From positions 1,676,001-1,740,000 of the forward strand of contig NC_087252.1 in NCBI RefSeq assembly GCF_037042905.1: 64,000 nucleotides of DNA, written 5' to 3'. Shown piece after piece: positions 36,803 through 48,370 of the stretch. The stretch's first letter is position 1, and every line of letters begins with the position of its first letter. Below the pieces are notes generated by a model that saw nothing but the letters and a program-made list of their open reading frames with translations, was not told the origin of the DNA and searched no databases. This stretch comes from Lytechinus pictus. Its lineage: Eukaryota. The translations under genes and the position numbers were made by a program.

Positions 36803-38450
36803 TCCATGACTTAGATTTTAATTGCCCACTTCTTTCTGAACCAGAAACAAAATTATTATTAAATAAGTACCATGGTAAACAAGTTTGAAATTTGTGTAAT
36901 GAATGTGCAATATTGTATTATCTATCATTTTATTTTTTTTATCCATTTTAACTCCATTTTTTAGCTGCACAAATGTAATTTTAATTTGTATATTCATTGT
37001 TTATCTTAGTAATTTTGATCATTGTTATATATTGGCATTGTGTAAACATGTACAATTCAGTCTGTGACTGCCAATCATGATTTTTGCAATAAACCTGAAT
37101 TGAAAAAAAAAAAGAACAATACTAAACTTAACCTTTACATGTATAACAATATTCAGCATGTTCAGAGAAAGTGGCAAAAGGCGGATTGTCGCAGAAGAAA
37201 TTGCCCAGTTTTATTGAGCTTATATAACAATGCAATATATTTACTGTCACAACAAAATAAAAATGTAAATCAATCATCAAAACACTACATTTGAATTTAG
37301 CATATAGTTAGACTTGTATTTCATACCCACATTATAGTTGACCATATTTCATTAATTTATCATATCAAGGTGGTGTGTATATTGTACAATTAAATTAAAC
37401 CAGTGACAAAAAAACTAATGTCAATTTTACACCAGCCCAGGAAAAGACCAAAAGTGTTGAAACAACACCAGTTAAGAATCAAACCAATGTCATTTTAACA
37501 CTGACTAACTTTAAACACTGACTATAGTGTCGTTTAAATGACAATCTGGCGTTAGTCCAATCAGGTATTGTTGCGATGCTTCTCTGGTGTTTTCCAAAAT
37601 GGTCGGTTTTGCATTTAGGTTTGACGTATCTGAACAAGCTGATTGTGCATAATGTACATAAAGTTAAATAAAATCTCACAAAAATTAAGTGTAAGTTGTA
37701 AAACCCTTATCCATTCAAGTCGAACACATGTCAATCTATTCTATCCAGGATTGGAAATTCATATTGCAATGGAAATAAAAATGAATAAGTACATGTAAAT
37801 GTAAGGTGATCTAAATGAAAAAGAACTGCATGCAAAATATCAATACTTCCAAAGAAAAAGAAGGAAAACAATTTCTTTAATGCAGTACCGTATACCCAGA
37901 TACCGGTACTGCATTAAAGAATGTTGAAAATTTACAGTGTTTTTACAATGAAATTGGGAGAAGTGGTGTAAATCATATGAATTCAATCATACCGTAAATG
38001 TAACAATACATGTTATTCCTTTAAAAGTAACCCTCGCACACTTTTCTCAATATTCTCTGTGTGGCCTTATATACAATCAATTTGAACTGTAAGGCTACAG
38101 TATGACCAAGGGGTTGGGAGTACTCAAACTCCCTGGTGCATGCATCACTTGATGCATGCAAAAAGTTATTAAGTCTTGAAGATAAAATTGATTTCAATAT
38201 CCTGTAAGAACAGGGCATAGGAATGTAAACAATAGATTTGATATTAAATTATGATAAAAGTCCGCTAGAATAATAATTGGAGACAAATAATTATTTTTCT
38301 CTTCTCTACCATGTATTTTAATGTTAAGAGCTCCTTTAAGAAATTGCACCAAGCCACTACAGGCAGAAAAATATCCCCAACTAACGTTCTATTATTAAAA
38401 TGGCTCTACAAGTGAATATTTCTTCATCATTTGATTGTCAGAGTGTGTTA

Positions 38451-40785
38451 AGGCCTGGTCACACCACCCGAGCGTTGTTGGAGCGGTCGTGGAGCGGAGA
38501 GAAAAAAAATCATCACCGCTCGCTACCGTTCACCACCGTTTAACCAAAGTTGGCCTCCGTTAAGGCAACGCCGAATACGCTCGGCCACCGCTGATGGTCC
38601 CTCCTACCGCTCCGAAAGTTTTGAGCTGCTCAAAATATTGCGAGCGGTGAGGAGCGGGCAATTTTCCGCTCCGGCAAAGTTGACTACCGCTCTAACAACG
38701 CCCAGTCAAAGTTTGGCACTGTTAGACGAAAGTTCGTGAACGCTTGGGTCCGCTAGGCCAACGCAGAAATCTTGAACGCTGGACAACCGCTGCTTCGCCA
38801 GCGTTGCCCGGCCGGTGATCAAACGGTTCACAAACTTTGGTGGAGCGGTTGTAAGCGTTTTCCGAGCAGACACGGGATTGCTGGAACGGTGCTGGGCGTT
38901 AAAGTAGCGATCCATTGCGGTGATGAACCTTGGTTTAGCGTTGGTATGGAGGTGTCGGAGCGGTACCAGAATTTGGATATAAATACGGGGAGAAATGAAT
39001 AAGGAGCTCATTTGGAATCGAAATGGGCTGATAATCCATGTTTTTTGCATTTACATGAGAAACGTTTTGATTTCCGTGGATTTCCGTTTAAATTCTATCA
39101 TCATCATTTCGCCCGGTGTCTAAGCTTAAAGGCCCCCTCATGCACATCTAACCGAATTGCCTGAAATATGCCTTGCGATGGCTTGCGAAAGGCATTAAAA
39201 AAAAATCGTTTTCAATGGTAACTGATAGTAAATCATAATTATTTACCCTTCGTGTTTGGGTTCGTACATCTTCTGAACTAACAGCTGCGATTATTCAAAT
39301 TTGCGCGGAAATTTTGATCACGTTCAAAATTTCCCGACGAATTGAAAAATCGTTGGTCATCTGTTTGAATTCGCATCTCTTATTTAGTCTGCGTTAATCG
39401 TTCGTGTGTTTTTCTCGCGCATAGTCCCTCTTCGCGCTTTTGCCAAAGTGGACCGATCTCGAAAGAACCCGTAATGAAGCAACACGATGACACAACGAAC
39501 AAGATTGTCTGATCTATTCCCTCGTCTTCGTTTCTAATCGCACGCCATATCAAACCATTGCTCACTGTTCCTTCGTCTTATTGGGTTATATCAACCCTTC
39601 GCTCGCCTACGGCCGCAATTTTCTCAAAGAGGTGAACCGAAAAATCGATATCCTTTGCATGACACATTTATCCTTCGCTTACCGCTCGTTGATAAAATTT
39701 GACAATAGTTACTGATCGCATGATTTGACGGAAATTTTTATTTGAATTCGTTGAATTCGCGTGCATTTCGTTCATTTTTCTCTTTCGTCACCCTTCGTCC
39801 GCCTACATTCGGTCAGGTGTGAGGGGGCTTTTAAGTCGATACCAAATTTAGCTGCCCGTTTTTATGTTAGAGCCGATTTTACTTGAGACATCACCCCAAA
39901 AACCTGTTAAAAAACGGTCATTTTTATACCGTGCAGTCATCGCAGCGCACCGTGTGGGGTGTACATTGCAGTTCATTTGTGCAATTTTGCACGGCGGGGA
40001 CGATTCCCCTTCCATTCCATGAAATTCCGGGCATAATGTAAACAAAATAAAGGTTGATAACGCATATAAGGGCTGCCCAGCCCTCCTTCAGAGATAAAAG
40101 TTACTTGTAGAATAATTTCAGCCAAAAACCCTCCTCATAGTAAAAGATTCGTTGTGTTATATACTCTGCGTTTTAACCAAGTCTACACAGCTTGATAAAG
40201 CACGGATTTTTTAAAAATAGATTTTTAAGTATTTTTTTAATCTAATGATCATTTTGATGCCATAAAATTATTTTCAGGATCTCATACACACTTTTTAGGC
40301 ATGTGAGAAGCATAAACCAACATTCACTCTGATCAATCTTAAAGTAACACATAACACAAAGTTTATATACTTTATAGGTTTTAAGCAGCCAATCAAAATT
40401 TGGTATCAAAGTGACGTCATATGGGCTTTAAATTATGTTCAGTCGATTCTACGCCCAAAATTACCCTTAATCTATGTGTTAAAGTAAAAATATAACACGG
40501 AAAATAATTTTGGCGCACTTTCAACTCATTCTGGCCCACTGTGCGACGCCCGCATGCGCAGAACTGGGCTCTATCAACGATCGAGTCATCGCTAAACCAA
40601 CGCTCGCTACCGTTAAACCAACGCTAAAGCTACGCTGGCTTCAGCGGTGCACCGCTAAGGCAACGCCCATGTTTTCGATTTTTTCCCCAATTTTGTGAGC
40701 GTTGACGAGCGTTGTCGAAATTCGACCCTCTCTCCCTACCGCTCCACGACCGCTCCAACAACGCTCGGGCGGTGTGACCAGGCCT
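38451..40785. mobile_element. PIF/Harbinger-type non-autonomous transposon with nested insertions
   Basis: ~48-bp TIR aggcctggtcacaccacccgagcgttgttggagcggtcgtggagcgg; TTA at 38448-50 and 40786-88. Confidence 0.88.
39130..39830. mobile_element. Second Harbinger-type MITE nested in 38451-40785
   Basis: aggccccctca...accgaat / attcggtcaggtgtgagggggctt with TWA flanks. Confidence 0.7.
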
Positions 40786-41724
40786 TTATTAAGTGCAATG
40801 TAAACATGATTCTTGGTGACATCTCTTTAGTGGAAATCAACACGTACATTGTGCATTACACTGCCATACTTTGGCAAAAGGAAGCAAGTTACAAAAGTAT
40901 CATTTGTTGTAAATGAACTATGTGTTCGTTATTTATAGGCATCAAAGAAATTTAACAGCATATTTTTTTCAATATCTTTCCATAGAATGATTATTTCTTC
41001 CCCAAATTTTGCCTGAGCGTGCAACATACAAAGGGTGTTTCAGAAACAACAATAACTAAAATTTGACTGATGTGTCACTTGCTTCCTTTTGCCAAAGTTG
41101 GGCAGTACAGGAATCACATGATGTAAAATCCACACGAACATGAAAAACATTGTTTGATTTGAAACATCATAGCCTGGATTCACAAGTGAATTTGAATCTA
41201 CAGTGTATGGTCTGAAATCACAGTTAACTAGTGCACATTTCATTCATGACTTGATTTAAACTGTACATCTGTATAGTATAATTGCAAGCTACATATTTGT
41301 CTTCAGGCTCAAATTCAAGTTGGTTATTACATGTATGTACGTTGTGAGTTATTAAGTGTTCTGTTTAAGTTTTTATGCAAATTGATAATGATAATGTGGT
41401 TTCAAATGGACCATCCTACTAAATATCTGTTCACTTTTCATCTTTCAGTCGATTTTACCCCAATTTTTCAACCATGATATCACTTGTTGATTACCAGCCA
41501 GAAATAGACGTCTATTGGATTTTTGAATACCGCATGCTTTTATCGAAGACTTTCAGTTGTTAATACTTTATCCCCATGGAAACCTACCAAGAACATATCT
41601 TTTGAAGTGACCATGAAAAACATGTACTATTATTACCAAGTCTTTGAAAATTTATTCGTTTGATAATAAATCCTGAAATCGATCATGTGTGACCCAGTGT
41701 TTATTCAATATACAGTTTGTATAA

Positions 41725-42414
41725 ATTGAACATTCTTAAGGCTTTTGTAGGACGTTCTTTAATGTTTGTTGAGCATTTTTCCAATTCCTAAGACATTTTC
41801 AGACATTCTATAAAGGTGTTTTGAACGTTAATAGAACATTTTGACATAAAAACAAAACGTTTTCTGAACGTCCTGCAAGTGTTGTAAAAGGTATACTTTA
41901 CGTTCTTAAAACGTTTTCTGAACGTCCAACACATTTTATAAAGTTTTCCAAACGCTTTTTAAACGTCTCAAAGAGTACACAGACTTTTGGAAAACATTTT
42001 ATGAACGTTTTAGGCTTGTTTTAAAAGGTTTTTTAAACATTCTTAAAACGTTTATAGAAGATTTGGACGTTTAGAAAACGTTCCAAATGTGTTTTAAAAG
42101 GTTTTCAAGACGTTTTTAAAACGTTTCTTTTTGCATTTTAAGGTTTTAAAAACGTTTTAAGAACGTTCCAAACGTGTTTTGAAGGTTGCCTACACGTTCT
42201 AATAACGAACACAATAAATTTAGAACGTTTTGAAAAGGTTTTTTTACGTATCGAGCTTCTGAAAGGTTTTTTAAAGGTTTGTTTTTTAAAACGTTTTTTA
42301 AAACGTCTAAAATCTACCACACTTTTACGTCTATAAAGAGTTTTCACAAAACGTCCAAAAAACAACTTAGGACATTTTAAGAACGTTCATAAAACGTCAA
42401 TTTGTTAGCTAGGT
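41725..42414. mobile_element. Partial EnSpm-like MITE with aaacgttt subrepeats
   Basis: Dense (a/g)aacgtt(t/c) repeats ending in tttgttagctaggt; left terminus not found. Confidence 0.55.
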
Positions 42415-42465
42415 GGTCTTTCCCAGAATTATCGAAGATATATATATTTGTATTTTTGGACTTAA

Positions 42466-43067
42466 AGGACAAGTCCACCCCAACAAAAAGTGGATTTGAA
42501 TAAAAAGAGAAAAATCCAACAAACAAAACACTGAAAATTTCGTCAAAATCGGATGTAAAATAAGAAAGTTATGGCATTTTAAAGTGTCGCTTATTTTCCC
42601 CAAAACAGTTCTACGCTCACCTCATTGATATGCAAATGAGAGAGTTGATGATGTCACTCACTCACTATTTCTTTCGTTTTTTATTGTTTGAATTATACAA
42701 TATTTCATTTTTTACGGATATGACAATTAGGACCATCTTGTTTGAACCACAAAGTGTTAAAACAATCAAATCCCACATGTTAAGGGAGGAATGAAACTTT
42801 GCTCACATGACATTGAGGAGAAAATTCAAATATATCATATTTCATATAATAAAATACAAAACAAATAGTGAGTGGGTGATGTCATCGGTCCCCGCATTTG
42901 CATACTGACCAGGATGTGCATATAACTGTTTGGTGAAATTTATCAAAACTTTAAAATGTCATAACTTTCTTATTTCAGATCCGATTTTGATGAAACTTTC
43001 AGTGTTATTCTCGTTTAATTTTTCTCTTTCTATTCAAATCATCTTTTTGTTGGGGTGGACTTGTCCT
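42466..43067. mobile_element. Kolobok-type MITE with TTAA TSD
   Basis: TTAA-aggacaagtccaccccaacaaaaag ... ctttttgttggggtggacttgtcct-TTAA; absent from the paralogous site at ~17683. Confidence 0.88.
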
Positions 43068-45291
43068 TTAAAGAAAAAAATATCCCAATTGCATTAATTC
43101 TATAAATATGTGATGATGAACAGGGACTGCATTTTTTTGAAATACGACTATATACTCCAGACGAGATGGCCTGTAATGTTTCTACTGTAGAAGAAGGAGC
43201 ATCAAGGGAATACAACTTGGGCCATTCCCTACAAGCAATTTGCTTTCTTATGGCCCTATCCATATTCTGTATTATATTTTGCCACTTTAGTGCATATGTA
43301 TTGTATGATTTGTATATCATAATATGTCATATATTTACATGACTACACCGTAGTACTTTGATACCTCAAAATAAGCAATCATTATTTTGTTTTAGACAGC
43401 AGGTTGAAACGAAAATTGTTGTGAAAATGACTAATTTACTAGCATGCAGGGGCGTAACAGGGGTCGATGACCAGGTAGGAGGGGGGGTCAAGAGCCAAAA
43501 ATGTCCCGGTCATAATGGTATATGCACAGGAAGCGGCGTAATGAGGCAAAACAAAATTAGGGGGCCAGATATGGCGTATTGAGCAAAATTTGTTTGAAAA
43601 AAAAAATTGAAAATTAAAAAGTTGCGACATTTTTATTACAAAAATCAAATTTTGTGATAGATTTTGACATAATATTTTCAAAAAATAATAAAATATTTCA
43701 GCCCTTCTCTCTGTCTTCTCCTTCTTCTGGAAACAGTACAGGCTACCGCCTGGTGTATTGTCATACTTTCCTTTTTCCCCCTTTCCCTGAGCGAGCGAAG
43801 TGAGCGAGAAAAAAAATCACCTTTTTCATGAGAATCTAGCTTTGAGATAGATTTTGACATGACATTCAGAAAATACCTTCATACATGTATCTTATATTTT
43901 TCTCTTTTTCTTTCATTGTCCTTGGTTGTGGAACTTTCAGGGGCCATGGCCCAAGCTCTTCCATCTGTAACCCGGGGGGGGGGGGGGTCCGCCTCGCAAC
44001 CTCTCGAAATAAAACAATTTTAAACCTTACAGATGGACGCTATTTTTTATCAAAATTAATCGCGGGTATATAGCTTTTACCAAAGGCTTTTACACAACTC
44101 ATTACGGGGGCCGCGGAACGGTTTCGAAAGTGGGGGAGGGGGGCTGAGCTGAAAGTGTGTGTGTGGGGGGGGGGGGGGCTGACCATGCACAAAATCATAC
44201 ATGGCTTTGGAAAAAAAAATCGGGGGCTGAAGCCCCAGCCCCCGGTTCCGCGACCCCTACATTCCCGAACATGTGGAATAATTATTGATTGATTGATTTT
44301 CTCTAAAATTATTCAAATCAACATTTTTCTGGGGTGGACTTGACCTTTGAATCAGGTTTAATGTATAATAAGAAATTCAATATTTGTAAAGCGCATAGAA
44401 AGTCTTTTTTATATTATGCGCTACATAAATTTTAAATGTTAGGCCTATTATTATTAGTAAGGTGGGAAAATTTGTGAAAAGTCGCCAGCGAGCGAAGTGA
44501 GCCAGAAAAAAATCGCCTTTTAGAAATTAAATACTTGTTATATAGATTTTCTAATGTTTTTACCATTCATTTCAATTCGTTGCCTTCTTCACTTTCTTTT
44601 ATTTTCCCTCGGCTGTGGAACCAAACCCTTCCCGCACTGTACGCGAGTGCTTCAACCTAAAGCTTATTGCAGGAAGGGTCCATATGGGGGGGGGGGGGGC
44701 ATTATAGAGCCCTGTGATGATTGAAGATGAAAAGCCTCTACTGCCTGGAGTCTTGGGCAGCTGAGAGTCCCCGGTAGCTTTGGATATTTAGCCAAAGTAA
44801 AGATTAAAAGGCTTTTTACGGTAACTCTTAACAGCTAGCGTCAAGCTTATAGGTTATAGGTAGGGACATAATATTACGTATATAAGGGGATGATAATTAT
44901 GTCTAGCCCTAATTCGCTAAGGACTTTTTAAAATCCTGATTGCGACCGTTAATTAATTGAAAGCTTACACTGTTATGAAAGACTTCATGCACGATGTTAC
45001 ATGCCATCCATCTTTCGTCCCGTTCATTATTTGTTTTCCCTATTTTCTATTTTTCGATCTTGCTTTTGGCTCATCCATTCTACCTTCATTTCCCGCTTTT
45101 GTTTGCCCCTTCTCTTTCCCCGTCCCACAATCATATGATTTATTTCCCTTTTTTACTAATCAAATAATTTGTTCTTTTTCACATGCCTTTCTTTTCTTGA
45201 TTTCCCGCTGTTCTTCTATTTTCCCTTTTATCTTTTTTTCTTTTCACTTTTTTTCCATTTCCCTTCCCTTTCCCCCTTTCTTTCTTCCTTC

Positions 45292-45342
<51 letters not shown>

Positions 45343-45813
45343 TTTGTAGGTCTTTCTTCTTTTCTTTCTTTCTTTATTTTTTTTCTTTCTTTCTTTTTGT
45401 AGGTCTTTCTTCTTTTCTTTCTTTCTTTATTTTTTTTCTTTCTTTCTTTTTGTAGGTCTTTCTTCTTTTCTTTCTTTCTTTCTTTCTATTTTTTTTTCTT
45501 TCTTTCTCTCTTTCTTTCTCAGTCTCCCTTTTTCCTTTTCCAGTTTTTTTTTTTTTTTAGTTTTCCGATAGAATCCACCGGGGGGGGGGGGGTACCCCTG
45601 CCCCTCGCATGTTACGCCACTGCTAGTATGGAATCGCCCAACTATTACTTAAGTTAGGAGATCAAGCCAATTAATCTTTCGCTCCCAATTCAGCTCAGAT
45701 ATATATAGTACACGCCATGCAATGTTGTACAGAGCATGTATATTTTCGAAGGGTAAATGTGAATATTTAGCATATTTGGTTTTTCGACAATCAATCCCGC
45801 GCCTTCATCCTAC

Positions 45814-45839
45814 CATGGACCTACTAGCATAGGTCCATG
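45814..45839. mobile_element. 26-bp palindromic insert with 7-bp TSD (also at 59905-59930 and 63046-63071 by duplication)
   Basis: atcctac-CATGGACCTA-ctagca-TAGGTCCATG-atcctac; the paralog at ~22234 has a single atcctgc. Confidence 0.85.
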
Positions 45840-46484
45840 ATCCTACCAATCAATGCATTATATTATAAAAGCCTATAATGAACCACTCCAAGAACAAAAT
45901 GATATGGTGGCAATAAAGTTGTTTAAAACGTTATATAATAATATAGAGAACGTGACACGGGCCGGTCTACGTGACAAATGTTTGGTGGTTGGTAGTTATT
46001 TTTTATACAGTGATTACCTATCAATTCTTAAAATTTTTATAATGTGTACATTATTTGAATTGAAGTTGTACTTTGTAACTTTTTGAGCAGCCAGTGCATT
46101 ATTATGAATCACATAATCATCAGTCTTATCTAGGGTTAGAGTGTATGTGTAGAGGGATGGTAATCTATGTTACATGCCATCCATCTTTCGTCCCGTTCAT
46201 TATTTGTTTTCCCTATTTTCTATTTTTCGATCTTGCTTTTGGCTCATCCATTCTACCTTCATTTCCGCTTTTATTTGCCCCTTCTCTTTCCCCGTCCCAC
46301 AATCATAATGATTTATTTCCCTTTCTTACTAATCACACAATATTTCCTTTTTCACACGCCTTTCTTTTCTTGCTTTTCCCGCTGTTCTTACGTTTTCCCT
46401 TTTATGTTTTTTTTTCTTTCTCTTTTTTACCATTTCCCTTCCCTTTCCCCTTTTCCTCTTTTTCTTCCTTTCTCTTTCTTCTTT

Positions 46485-46560
<76 letters not shown>

Positions 46561-46771
46561 TCGTGAGGTAGTTGTGTTTTTTTCGAGCTCCGGTTTTTCT
46601 GGTTTTTCACTGATTTATATGACCATTTGGTCCTTGATTTTTGTACCATTACAATTGTGTTGGGTTATAGATTGATATAGTCTCGATCCTCCTTCGTCAG
46701 GTTTACCAATTTTAGTGTTTTTTAAACACATTTTCTGTTATTTTTTGTAAGGTTTCTAGACTGGTTCGTAC

Positions 46772-48316
46772 ATGGCCAGTCAAGCAAACCAACGTAGTGT
46801 ACAGGGCCAGCGTACCACAAGTGCAGCTGGCCCTTTGTTAAACAATGTAGGACATTTTAAAAATGTCACCCGTCACAATGGTGTAAGCTTTCAAGCTATT
46901 GAAAATGTAACGATACAATCTTATATCAATGTCTTTACTACAACTATACCCGCTAATGACGTAATATCTGCCTCTCGCATCTCTAATGGTCGCATAGCTG
47001 TGTATCTAAAATCAAAAGAAGCTGTTATCAATGCTGTACAAAAAGGCCTTGAGTATGAGGGGGCCTTTCTTGAACTAACCCCCCTTGTACGGCCCACTAC
47101 TCGAGTCATTTTATCTAATGTATACCCAGAACTACCGAATTCTGTCTTGACTGAAAATCTAGCACCTTTTTGCAAAGTTGTGTCCGACTGCAAACCAATA
47201 CCTCTAGGATTTAAAGACAAACGTCTAAACCATATTATGAGTTTTAGAAGGCACGTTCAAGTGTTAGTGAAACCTAACACAACACTTCCAGATAACATTA
47301 ATTTCGTGTTTTCAGGTATGAACTATCGTGTTTTTATTTCAACTGAGTCAGTCAGATGTTTTAACTGTGGTGAATTTGGTCATATTTCCCGCAATTGTAA
47401 GAAACCTCAAACAAGCACAAATACTAATCAGTCAAAGACAAACGCTGCCCCAGTTTCAAATGACACGAGAGTGCGCCAGCGCGGATCCTCCCCGCCCCTC
47501 ACTACGGTTTCGGACCCCATGCCACCATCACCTCCCCCCTTGGCGGCAACTACAATGCCCCCACCTGTACCCACCTCCTCTGATTTCCCTAGTTTACCAC
47601 CTCGTGATTGTGGGCCCCTTTCTACCTCAGCCACCCCCTCGCGCATCAGGAAGCCTCAATCCTCCCCACTGCACATACCTCTGACATCACCTGCTCAGCC
47701 GTCCAGCAATTCAACTACCACGCCCATAGTCGTGTCCTCCAAGTCCCCTCCCCCCAAATCTATTTCTGCGTGCCCTTCGCCTGTGTGGAAAACTCCCCCA
47801 TCACCTGTCCGAACTTTCTCTGAAGTTGTTTCAAAACGTAAGCAACTAACACCCGAATCAAACGAAAACAATACTACTCTTACTACACTGAAGGCCCCCT
47901 CTCCTCTTCGGAAAGTGGCCAGGAAAGCTCCCTCCTCCCAAACCGAAACCGTAGACTCTCCAACCTTAACGCAAGTCCTTGACTCCCAAACCCCCAATAT
48001 CCCTCCTACCCCATCCTCCACAGTTGGAGATTCATCTACCGACACTGACTCCATGACTTGGGAAGATGCCCAAACGGATGAAGATGTCCCGAAGGAAGAT
48101 GCACTCCCATTGACTCAAGGCCCCCTCTCCCAAGGCCAAATTGTGAAATTTCTGTCAAACGTAAAAGGGCGGAAAAAGCCTGCCCAGATTGCACGGAAAT
48201 ATACATCAAATATTCCAGGGCTAGTTAAACAATTAAAGCCCCTGAAAAACAGCCCCCTAGTAAAACATAACATGCAGCAGAGGATATACAAATTGATCAG
48301 CACTCTGGAGAGCTAA
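46772..48316 (+). CDS. Tx1 ORF1 (CCHC zinc knuckle, Pro/Ser-rich tail), 514 aa
   Basis: SASRISN...TRVILSNVYPELPN...HIMSFRRHVQV...CFNCGEFGHISRNC, as in Tx1 ORF1 proteins. Confidence 0.92.
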   Translation: MASQANQRSVQGQRTTSAAGPLLNNVGHFKNVTRHNGVSFQAIENVTIQSYINVFTTTIPANDVISASRISNGRIAVYLKSKEAVINAVQKGLEYEGAFLELTPLVRPTTRVILSNVYPELPNSVLTENLAPFCKVVSDCKPIPLGFKDKRLNHIMSFRRHVQVLVKPNTTLPDNINFVFSGMNYRVFISTESVRCFNCGEFGHISRNCKKPQTSTNTNQSKTNAAPVSNDTRVRQRGSSPPLTTVSDPMPPSPPPLAATTMPPPVPTSSDFPSLPPRDCGPLSTSATPSRIRKPQSSPLHIPLTSPAQPSSNSTTTPIVVSSKSPPPKSISACPSPVWKTPPSPVRTFSEVVSKRKQLTPESNENNTTLTTLKAPSPLRKVARKAPSSQTETVDSPTLTQVLDSQTPNIPPTPSSTVGDSSTDTDSMTWEDAQTDEDVPKEDALPLTQGPLSQGQIVKFLSNVKGRKKPAQIARKYTSNIPGLVKQLKPLKNSPLVKHNMQQRIYKLISTLES

Positions 48317-48370
48317 TTCCTTTTTACCTTCTCTCCATTCATTACGTACGCTCAAGTTGCTATAGCCATA

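Larger units (their letters stand above)
42414..46167 (+). repeat. Segmental duplication copy B (stops ~70 bp before exon 1)
   Basis: Colinear with 17647-22563. At gggatggtaatcta|tgttacatgcc it jumps back to the equivalent of 44995. Confidence 0.88.

Noticed and set aside
45853..46086. 77-aa ORF repeated at 59944 and 63085
   Set aside because: Lies in the recently duplicated upstream region, is not preserved in copy A and has no protein features.
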